64,000 bases of DNA from the human T2T-CHM13v2.0 reference genome, Homo sapiens, in the NCBI RefSeq assembly GCF_009914755.1, contig NC_060927.1. One strand, written 5' to 3'. The notes under the pieces are model-generated. The model had not been told where the DNA came from. It saw only the letters and a list, made by a program, of their open reading frames with translations, and searched no databases. Below are positions 53,970 to 64,000 of the stretch, piece after piece. Numbering within the stretch: the stretch's first letter is position 1; each line of letters opens with the position of its first letter. Position numbers and translations under genes: made by a program.

Positions 53970-55529
53970 TTCCAAACTGAATGTCTGTAAATGCATTTAT
54001 TGTTAGTGTCTGTTGTAGAGAGTAGCTAGCATGTAACAATTTGCTGTAATGTCTATATTATTTGTCTATCTAGTGTAATATTAAGACTGTAAAATACCTT
54101 GTAAACATTGATTATATCTGGGGAAGATATCAGAATCTCTGTAAATTTCAGTGGTAAGAATTATTCATTTCTAGTGGCATGTGGATTGTCACTGATGCCA
54201 GTCTTACCTAAACATTTCCAGTACCACTACCTGTTATCAAATTAAAGATCAGTCTAAAGCAAATGCTAATTTCCTAAAAGGCTCCTCAAGTAAGGGAAAT
54301 GGATCAGGTAAAATTGCAGTATCAAAGTGCCTTACTTTTTTTGAATTCTCACAATAAGTGAATATCAAATAAATGTTACTTCCTCTCTTGGCTAAGATTT
54401 GTAATCCATAATTACATTGATACATGTGTTATATCAGTGGCAGCAGTGGAATTCATAGTATTTTTATGTGAAATGCACTGTTTTATTGCATTAATTCACA
54501 TTTAATGTGTACACAGTAATAACCATAAAGTATGATAACCAAAGTTATATATTTTCTTCAGAATATTCATTTAGAGAGCTTTCAAAAGAGTCTGAGGAAA
54601 TTAAAATATCAGTTTACCTGCAGGATATAGAGCAAAAGCAGGAAGCAGTATAATATCTTTTACAAGCCAACATTCCTCCCCACATAATTTCCTTACTTCT
54701 AGCTGATAAAATACAATAGTCATAACCCTGTACATATTTTTTTAACTATGGTACACAAAACAAAGGTTTCTGAAGTGAAGGAAAATATACCTCTTTCAGT
54801 AAAATTGCATTACTCACATGATTACAAGCAGGAGGTTTGAAGGCAAGAGAAAGCAGTGAAGGTGGAAGTCCCAAAGCCCCTTTCCTGGTAATGGACCACA
54901 GAAAGATGATGCCCATAAAGGCAGGAAGTCTTATATAAGAGGTAGTGGAGGCCCAGGGGTTGGCGAGAAATAACAAATGGGAAGGTACCTAGAAAACAGG
55001 ACAAGAATGAAAAATCTTGGTCATATTGAGGGCCAAAAATAAAATAAAATAAAACAACAGAGTAGGATATAGTGTTCTAAAGGCTGTGAAAGAGGGAAAC
55101 CAAGTAATGGACAATTTAAACTTGGTGAACACAAAATGGTTCTAGAAATACAGAATGCGGCCTGTGTCTTTTTAAAAATTTTTTTCTAAGGCTTGGATAT
55201 TCTTGCTTCCCAATACTGTGTTCTAGTATTCATATGAAAGTTAACTGTTCCAAATTAAGGCATACTTCAAGACCTAATTCGCATCCGGGATTCTTCAAGA
55301 AGGCTTCCATGACAATCACAACACCTACTGATTCTTCCCTTAGTTGAATTTCTTTACCTTTATATCATTTATACAATTCCTTCATTAATTTATTCTTCAA
55401 TTTGTTCAATATTTACGAAGCACTTTCTCCATGGATAGATGGATATGGCTTCCATTTATCAATGAATTATGTTATAATTAAGATGGATATAGTAGTCATG
55501 TGTCTATAGTGGGATATTTTTGTCATTGC

Positions 55530-56900
55530 TTAAAAGCATTTTTTAAAATACAAGTCATACACACATAATTTTTAAAAATGTAACCAAAAGGAAAAGTGTA
55601 GGAAAGAGTAAAGTCTCTTTCCTCACCACAATCTTAGTCTCACTCATCAAAATAACCACTTGTTATTTTCTTGAGTATACATATATAAAAATAGAATATA
55701 CATAATTGTATATGCCTTTCTAAAAACATGGTGGCATATTGGCATATGCCTTTTAAAAAATCTAAAGATATGGGGTCTATACACATATGCACATATGTGC
55801 ATATGCTGTTCTGTACATTGCATTTTTTCTTAACTCTGTATTTTCAAAGTTGACAGACATTAAAATATCATGGCAGACCTTGTCATTTGGTGTTTATCAT
55901 CAAACCTTCCTAGGTTCACAATAGACCATACTTCTAATACTCCCTAGCAGTTAGGTGCGGCCAACTGAGTGAATTCTAGGCAGTAGAATGGGAGCGGAAG
56001 TGATGTGTGCCTCTTCCGGATCAGGTCCATAAAAATATCCATGCATAATCCTCTCCCCATTTTCTATCTGTCAGTAGGATGTTGATGATAAGGGTGACCG
56101 TGGAATCCGGATGTTGAAGGTGGTATAGCCTCCCTCAGCCTGGATGTCTGCTGGATTGTAGTGAGCACATACCCTTGAACTCCCTAACCTGTGACCAGAG
56201 CACTTGCACTGGGCTGTAACATGAGTAAAAACATCAAATTTCATTATGTTAAGACAGTGAAATTTTGGGATCAGTGTCAGTATTTACTGTTACCACAACC
56301 TATACACATACATAGAGATAGCTAATTGTTTTTAATGTCTGAGGAGTGCTTGATTTATTGTTTGCAAGAACCATTATTTATTTAAGCTACTCCTAACTGA
56401 TAGGCATTCAGATTGCTAGCAGTTTTTGTTATTAATGATGCCATGCATAATCTTTTACATACATTATTATTTCTGAGTATCTCCAAAGGATAAATTCCCA
56501 GCAGTAGAACTGCGGATCAAGGGTATCGACTCTTAAAACACGTTAGTGCTTTGACAGCTATGCTAACTTCTTTAAATTATTTGTACTGATTTTGTTTCCT
56601 TCAACAATGTTTGAACGTGTCTCCTTTTACACATCATCATGGACACTTAAGTATTATAAAATTGTTAACTTTTTCCAATCTAGTCAGTGAAAAAAAGATT
56701 TCATTCTTTCGATTTGCATTGTTAAAATTTAGAGTGAGACTGTGTGTCTTTTCATGTGGTTTTGGCCACTTAGATTTCTTTTTGTGCAACCTGAATGCTT
56801 GCACCCTTTGTAGAGTTCTCTAAAGAGCTATTTGTCTTTCTCATGTTGATTTATAACACAACTATAAACTGCTTAAGAGAGATTATGTCAGATATTTCTT
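55530..56900 (-). mobile_element. L1ME-like 3' fragments split by MLT1J
   Basis: aaccacttgttattttcttgag...ggataaattcccagcagtagaactgcggatcaaggg...tttgcattg. Confidence 0.6.
55869..56306 (+). mobile_element. MLT1J-like MaLR LTR
   Basis: gcagttaggtgcggcca...gaatgggagcggaagtgatgtgtgcc...gatgttgaaggtgg...cagcctgg...tatgttaagacagtgaaattttggg. Confidence 0.8.
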
Positions 56901-56984
56901 GGTTTAACTCCCAGCACAGGAGTTAAACACATTTGAGCAGTTTTTGCATAGTTAAAAAAGATTTACAGTTTTTAAATTCTTACT

Positions 56985-57140
56985 ACGACTGTGTAACTAT
57001 TATCCTCTGCATTTTATGGAATAGGAAATGGGGGCCGAAGGGAGTTAAATGGCTTGCGAAGGTCAAATAACTACTGAGTGGTAGAGCTGGGTAAGGACCC
57101 AGAATTTCCAGCATGAGATCGCTAACTTTTAGGGAGTATT
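56985..57140 (-). mobile_element. MIR fragment
   Basis: actattatcctctgcatttt...gttaaatggcttgcgaaggtc...agtggtagagctggg. Confidence 0.75.
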
Positions 57141-57859
57141 TTTCTGTATATACCTACTAGGTTTCTAAACTAAAGCACCCAATATATTAATCATCATAAT
57201 CTAGCATCCATTATTCATTATCAATTAGCATTAAATATTCACAGATGAATGGTAACTAAGTAAAATGCCTAAGTAAAATTCTTCATAGACACCTACAGAA
57301 AACATTTTAAAATGCAACCTTTTCTCATAAAATGGCCAGCACCAAGATCTAGGTGAATTTCTAACAGTAGTCACTGATTGATTCCAAGTATCAACCTTAA
57401 AAAAAAGGTGAATTCTATTTCATTCATTTATAATCCATATAAGGATATACATTATATATACTTTATGCTAGGTGCTTGGAAAACAACGAAGAACAGGTGA
57501 GTTCCTGGCTTAGAGTGGCTTAAAGGGTTTTTTTTGGAGGAAATTTTGAAGCAAAAATATAGCTAAAATGCAATCCAGGACTTTTCTGTAGTTCTCCGCA
57601 GAGTAGCATGGAGCACCTAGAAGGAAGTCGATAATTGCATTTGGAATTCCTGGGAGCAGGTTTATCAAAGATGACATTTGATCTGGGTACTGGCAGATGA
57701 GTAGTTTTCCTGAATAGATTTTAGATGTTTTGCCGAAAATCAAGGTATTATTTTGATAATTAGGGATCACCTATATCCCCCCGATAAAAATGTCCTGAGA
57801 CACATGAAGCTAAATAGAGTATGGCACCAGTGTCAGACACCACTTGGAATGATTAGTTC

Positions 57860-57975
57860 CCCGCACTTCGAATTTAGAAGGTGACAAAGTGTCCTATTTA
57901 TCATTGTATTTCCAAGGCCTACAACACAGAAGGGACTCTAAATATTTGTTGAATTAAACTAAATTGAATTAAATG
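57860..57975 (+). mobile_element. L2 3' end
   Basis: cattgtatttccaaggcctacaacacagaagggactctaaatatttgttgaatt. Confidence 0.65.
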
Positions 57976-58361
57976 GGTTCCTGGGATTTACATACACTAC
58001 TCTTGAGGCTAACTAGAGCTCAGAGTGAGAAAAAGTGCCATGTTATAAGTTGTATCTTCTGATGAAACAAAATCAACTTAGAAGGAAAAAACTGAGAGCA
58101 AGGATGATATTGGATACCTCCCAGTGGCACTAGTTCCATTTTAGTGGCTGTCAGTGGGTAAAAGAAAAAATTAGTCGTGGCAGAAGATAGCTGCTCATCA
58201 ATGACAGACACCCTGCCCCCACTGCACTCACACACCCATTGCCCACAGTCTAAAGTTGTTGGGGAAAAAGGCTCTCTTGCCAGGACTACATGTCCCAACC
58301 TCTTTTGTACCTAGGTGGGCCGTCGTGGCTAGTCCTCACTTATGGAATGTGAGTGGATTGA

Positions 58362-58782
58362 TGTATGTCACTGATGGTGCCTGGTGCACATATCTGTCCA
58401 GCTTCCAACAGCTGGCACCTGGATTTTTTGTCTTGAGGGCTTTCTTTGCCCCCCTAGGGCCTGCCTTGCCCAATCACATAAGGGGGTTGAAAACACCTGA
58501 GAAATAACCCCCTCTGGGAATAGTTCTGAACAAATGATTGACAAGATGGATATAAACCTATCTTCCTTGTCCTTTGAAAGGGATAATTCTGAGCCATGTG
58601 ATCTGCCCTGTTTCCCAGAAGTTCCCCAGCAGAATCAAGCTCTGATTGCCCACAGTGGTGCCTTGCTTGATAACGTGCTCCTTGTTAGTTGCCGTTTCTT
58701 CCCCGTTGCACTTCTTCCATCACACTGCTGGCAGTCAAATCCCTGTCTCTGAGCCCACTCCTGGACCATCCAAAGTAAGGCA
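58362..58782 (+). mobile_element. LTR16C ERVL LTR
   Basis: ccagcttccaacagctggcacctg...gagggctttct...gggataattctgag...ttgcccacagtggtgccttgcttgataac...ccaaagtaaggca. Confidence 0.85.
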
Positions 58783-58809
58783 ATACACTTTCCCCTAGAT
58801 ACCAGGTGT

Positions 58810-59540
58810 TTTTTTTCTCTTGTTTTACTCTCTGATTTATTTGAGTACAACCTCTAGTGGCTTCTAGAAAGGGCCAGTTGAAGTAACACTTTTTGAGATC
58901 TTCTGCATCAAAAGACAGCCATCGCACTGGATTTATGGTCTCTACTCTCATACTGGATTTATAATTTAGTTTATGCATAAAATAATTAACATAGTAACTA
59001 TATATAAGAATGTTATATAAAATTAAAATAATTTTAAAAATTATTTCCTATTTAGCTTCCAAGTGAGTTATCCCACTGCTTGCTGGCTTCCAGTGCTGCT
59101 CCAAGAAGTTCAATGTCATTATAATCTCTGATCTTTTGTATGTGATATATTTTCTCTCTGAAAGATTTCAGAACTTCTCTTTAACAGGATTTCCTGCAAT
59201 TTAATAATTGTGTGTCTTGGTGGTGTTCGTATTATTGTTTCTTCATTTATTGATCTAGGTACACAAGGAAATCTTACAATCTGGAAACTCATGCCCTTCG
59301 GGTCTGCAAATTTTTTTCATATTATTTTATAGTTTCCACTCCTTTCTTTTTTTGTTCTGTCATCCTGAGACTCATGATTTGGATGCTTGGACTCCTGACT
59401 GGCTCTCAAATTTCCTTTATTTTCAAAAATTTTTCATTTATTTTATTAAGTTTTGTGGGACAATTTTGTAATTCTATTTACCAGTCTTTCTATTATATTA
59501 TTTCATGTCTGATATCACATGTTTGATTTCAGAAATCTGC
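58810..59540 (-). mobile_element. HAL1/L1M ORF1-like fragment
   Basis: ccactgcttgctggcttccagtgctgct...caatctggaaactcatgcccttc. Confidence 0.7.
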
Positions 59541-59739
59541 CATTATAGCCAGAAATCTTGGATTTATAACATCTGGATATGTGCGTGTTTTTAGGGCAGG
59601 GTTGGAGAGGAGATGGGGAAGGACAAAATGTGATTTCAGGCTACAAACCTCCTATGGACCAAGATTTAGTAGCCACGGGTACTTCTCTTACCCACCTCAA
59701 CCCCTGCCCAATAACATCATCGTTGTCAATAATAAGTCC

Positions 59740-60460
59740 TTGTCAGTGTCTCATCAGGAAAATAGAAATAACTCTAGTTATTTTAAACAAAGAGAATTTA
59801 ACAAAGTGAATTATTTACAAAAGTATTGGAAGGACTAGGGAATCAAGAAGGGAAAAGATGAGATGTTATTTGGAGATTAGTATCTGAGCAGCCTCTACCC
59901 ACCTAGAGCCAAGGGACAAAAGAGACAGTGGTGTTTCATGGAACCCACAAGGGCTGTGCCGTGGAGAGTGCTGCAGTGTTTAGTGTCACAGCTGTTATCC
60001 AAACCATCACCACCGTGGCTCTGCAGGAAGCCAGAAGCCTGCACTCCTGCTGACCCTCAGGAGCCCTGGAGCCCAGTGTTGCTGATGCCACGGAGACTTC
60101 TGGAGCCCATAGTTACTTGTTTCTGCTGCTGCAGCTGCCATAACCATGTATGAATGCAGCACCTGGCAGTCACCTACATTTGCTTGCCATTTTCACTGCG
60201 GTGGCAGCTGCTGCGATCAGAGTCAATGAGCTCACGTTTCTAAGGCTTTTGGGATTTGACTGCTGTCACTTCCAGAGCCAGAAAAAAAAGGAAGAAAAAA
60301 AATGACTTATTGTTTATCCTAACTTTTACTCTTCCTCCAATATCTCCCAATGGTTAACAGAGGTTAAACAGAAACTAGCTGGCCAGGGGGTCTGGGTGGC
60401 ATTGCTTTCAGGTAGGAAGGTTGAAAATGAAATTGAGAGTTAAAAGACAAATAACCAACA
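59740..60460 (-). mobile_element. Ancient ERV LTR (LTR78/79-like)
   Basis: caggaaaatagaaataactctagttattttaaac...gctgctg-rich core...aaactagctggccaggggg...tgagagttaaaagacaaataacc. Confidence 0.55.
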
Positions 60461-60469
60461 ACTGCTTTC

Positions 60470-60690
60470 TTGTGTGCTCAGTAGGTACCAGAATTGTCCC
60501 TACATTACTTCATTTAATCCTCACAACAATCAACAACAATCATTGATGGTAAGTATAATTATTATCACATTTTATATTTAGATGAAGAAACAGTCTCAAA
60601 GATGTGGAACGACTTGCCTAAGATTACATAGCTAAGAAGATGAAGTGTAACTCAAGTCATTTTGACACTGAGTCTTGAGCCCTCACCCGT
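60470..60690 (-). mobile_element. MIR SINE
   Basis: cttcatttaatcctcacaacaa...agatgaagaaacagtctc...gacttgcctaagattacatagcta. Confidence 0.8.
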
Positions 60691-60894
60691 TTTCCTTTCT
60701 ACAGATCTTCTGTGAACTACCTACCATTCAGGTCTCCCAGCTGCGTTCAGCAGTGTAGTCCTCCTCTGCATTCGTGACCACTGTAGGTCTTCTACTTTCT
60801 AGCCCAAGGAAAATCCTTTCTGCTTTTATGACAGCCTTTCACAGAGGGTCCCAACAGTCAATGGATTATCCTAAGTGACCCAGCAATCTTCTTG

Positions 60895-61075
60895 ACCCTT
60901 GCCACTCAGAGTGTGGTCTATGTACCAGCAACATTGGCATCACTTGGGAAGTATGAAAAGTACTGACCCTCGGCCCTTCTCTCCCTCTGCTCGCTGACCT
61001 ATTGAATCAGAATCTGTATTTTTAACACGAGCCCCAGTTGATTCTTATGTTCCTTGAAATTTGAGAATGACTAGT
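60895..61075. mobile_element. MER5A-like MITE
   Basis: actcagagtgtggtc...accagcaacattggcatcacttggga...gacctattgaatcagaatctgtatttttaaca...tttgagaa. Confidence 0.85.
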
Positions 61076-61499
61076 CTCTGCCATTTTTGTCTCCCGCTTA
61101 GAGTTTTCCCATACTTTCTGGGAGGGGAAGAAAGAGATGATGAGATGGGAGTCATGGTGATTTGGAATCACTGGTCTCTTGCAAATTCTGCTTTACCTCT
61201 TAGATCAGTCCGCTCTGCCAGATTTGTTTCTTCACTTTGCTGATTTTCTTTCAGGGACCACATTACCTCTGTTGTCAGTCTGGCATGTTTAAGGAATCCC
61301 ATTCTGTTAGATGGGTCTACCCATAAAGTGTGAACTAGTCCAGGGCTCTTTTACAAGTCCCTGAACCTCATATAGACCTATCCAGGTGTCTGGAATAGAA
61401 CTCAGTGCTTCCGGCATGCCATGATCATGATAAAAGAGAATCCTATCCTCCAGCATTCTAAGATAGCAAAAAGTTTATTTTATCTGGATCTGCTACTCT

Positions 61500-61639
61500 G
61501 CCCAGTTCCATGACACGCACCTGTAATTTCAGCTAATCAGGAGGCTGAGGCAGGAGGATTGCTTGAGTCCAGGAGTTCAAGGCTAGCCTGAGCAACATAG
61601 CAAGACCCCATCTCTTAAAAACAAAACAAAACAAAACAA
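61500..61639 (+). mobile_element. FLAM-type Alu monomer with (AAAAC)n tail
   Basis: cacctgtaat...ggaggctgaggcaggaggattgcttgag...agcaacatagcaagaccccatctctt. Confidence 0.85.
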
Positions 61640-62049
61640 GATGTGAAAAATACACAGTTATTCCCTTTACCCACCTGAATTCCTACTCTAATTGCATTAT
61701 TTATTTCCTGTGGATGGGAAACAGATGGTCACGTACCAGCAAGCAAAGAAAAATGAGAGAACATGTCCTCAGCTACCCTTATTTTCTTCCATTTCTTGCT
61801 CTTTTACCTGATATACATGTAATGCAAGTCCACCAAGCCCTGCCTGACCCTCCACCATGGGAGATGCAATTAATACATTCTACTTGTGTGATCACCTTTG
61901 CTCGGTTTCTGAGAACTGTTGCCCAAATTCAGACATCTAAAGAGCATGATATGAATAGACTTTTTAGGCAATGATAATCATATTTTCAAGCAATACATCA
62001 ACATGTATTCTGCTTCTTGAACAGATTCTTAATTCTCATTGGAGTTTAT

Positions 62050-62330
62050 TAGTCACCCTTGTTCTCAGTTGATTAAATTTGTTTGTAGTTGCCTCCAAGA
62101 TTATATTGACAGATTTTCCTCCTTACAATTTAATGGTAACATTTTTGCAGGATATGAGCTGACATGATAAGACAAATGGAAAAAGGGAATGCATCACCCT
62201 GTATAGATCTGATTTATCTTTCCCTCCATCTCCTTATTTATTTTTGCCATGATTGGGAGCCAAATAAACAGAGTGACATTTCATTTTCATAAGATAAGTC
62301 TATTATTTATGATTTATGGTTTCATATTTT
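62050..62330. promoter_or_regulatory. Candidate PBX-HOX/MEIS enhancer
   Basis: TGATTTATGG, TGATTTAT, TGACAG, GATA and FOX motifs in unique DNA (function is inferred). Confidence 0.35.
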
Positions 62331-63169
62331 TGAAAGTAAGCACAATAAGAGTAGAGATAAAAGCTAATATAACTTTAGAGCCACTATATTTTATGAGTTA
62401 ATTGTTTTTGGGTGCATTATGACTGGCACAAATTAAAATGATATAGAGAAAAAAATTATGATTCTTTTAAAAGTCTATTTCTCATTAATTTTAATGAGTT
62501 CTTTTTAAATTTGTACATTTGTGAGAAATAGGAAGCATGTAAGCTCTGCAGCATGAGAAGGGCTAGGTTATTGGGCAATTTTGATTTAATTTGTATAATA
62601 TAGTAGCTATGACTGTGACTGGATCACTGATAATCCGTGTAAATTTACAAGGATGATATAAAGCCAAATATACTTTAGCAGGATAAAATAAAAATTTGGG
62701 CTATTTTCTGAAGCCCTTACAGTCACTTTGAATCTCAGTACTCCAAGATTAGATTGCATATTGGGCCATGTGGAGAACCAGGTCATTAACTCAGCAGTAT
62801 TAAGCCAGTCATTGCTCTCTGTTGTTCTAGCTTGCAGACATCTACAAAACCTATATGAATGGGTTGATTTGCTACTAAACATCATGGACACCATGGACAC
62901 CCCTGAAAGACGGAGATTATAGGCACAGTTATCCTCCTCAAGAATTTTACCTTTCTCTTGGGACACTGATCTCGTGCCCATCACTAAGCATGACCACTTT
63001 GCTTGCAAAGCCTCACAATTTATGATCATGGGTAAGAGGCACAGCTTTGTGGATTATTTTTCGTCCAAGGATCAGTTAATCCCTTTCCTTTCAAAATCAA
63101 AGAATTGAAATAATTTTAAAATGTGTAAAAAGCTGCCATTTTGGTGTTGCATGGATCACCTATATCTAA

Positions 63170-63300
63170 ACACACTGTAAGCTCCACGATGGCAGGGATT
63201 TTGTTTGTTGGTTTGTTTACACTGCTGTATTCTCAGTGCCTACAGCAGTGATGAACCATGATGGGTACTCCATAAACATCTGTGGAAGAAAGGAATAAAA
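63170..63300 (+). mobile_element. L2 3' end
   Basis: actgtaagctccacgatggcagggattttg...cactgctgtattctcagtgcctacagcagtg...ataaacatctgtggaa. Confidence 0.8.
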
Positions 63301-64000
63301 ATAGAACAATGGTTATATTTAATGTTGTTTGCTAAAAGACACATTAGGATGTATGAGATAACCTCAAATTGAAGAATATGTGTTCTGCCTTCTCTCAGTA
63401 TCTAGGATGAGGAGTATTTATAATTGCCTGCCTTGTAGGTGAGCTGAGAGGATTATGTAATTGGTGCTTTTAAGTACTACAGAGGCAGAAACTGCTCTAT
63501 TCAATTGAATTCGGGCTTAATTAGTGCTTATTGTGCTTGGTAAGTTCTTAAGGGTGTGAAGAAGAACAAGACCTTCTTGCTGCCCTTAAGGAGATTATAA
63601 TCACGTTATTACTCTGATGTATTTACACCTATACTCACTCTTTTTTCACTGCTTCACTCTTTCCTCAGTTGTCTCTCATGGGGCCAGAACCAGATGGGTA
63701 AGAGTGCCAGCCTGAGCAGCCTGTGTGTCGTGCGCAGTCGCAGGAGAGGCAGAGGTAGATGAATATCAGGCTCACCCTATGGTAGTAGTGGACAAAATAG
63801 AACCTGGATATAGGATGCATTTGCCCATATACTGAGCAAAAGTAAAAATAGACAAACAAGCTTCAAATCAGTATCTGGGAGGTCTCAAGAAGGGAAAAGG
63901 CAACTACTTAGAAAGGGTTCAAAAAAAGGGGACAGAAGCAAGGTTTGCAATCAGAGTGTCAGCTGGCATTCAGGGACAAGGATGATCACTTAAAGTTGCC

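Noticed and set aside
61500-61639. Possible 7SL RNA gene or pseudogene
   Set aside because: Lacks the 7SL S-domain; it is a FLAM-type Alu monomer
62607-63029. Longest ORF (140 aa, minus strand)
   Set aside because: No recognisable domain, promoter or splice context; the length is compatible with chance in 64 kb

Overview
This is 64 kb of AT-rich primate (very likely human) non-coding DNA, intergenic or deep intronic. I see no credible protein-coding exon, RNA gene, CpG island or CRISPR array. The listed ORFs are chance or repeat-derived (Alu, L1, LTR). Much of the window is interspersed repeat: about 13 Alu/FLAM copies, many MIR and L2 fragments, MaLR/ERVL/ERV1 LTRs, hAT and Tigger MITEs, a MER97 element with a transposase remnant, and a ~8.7 kb ancient antisense L1 (~40.8-49.6 kb) carrying nested insertions. 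The most interesting observations are: (1) an ERV LTR fragment at ~34.0-34.5 kb that stops just after its poly(A) signal and has an A-tail and a target-site duplication, so it looks like an L1-mobilised retrocopy of a retroviral RNA; (2) a ~110 bp micro-inversion plus deletion inside the long L1; (3) several repeat-free blocks dense in developmental transcription-factor motifs, two of them retaining CpGs, that look like conserved enhancers; (4) structurally aberrant Alus. Repeat subfamily names come from my recollection of consensus sequences and need RepeatMasker/Dfam confirmation. Boundaries without a visible TSD are approximate. I found no evidence of a wholly new biological system.
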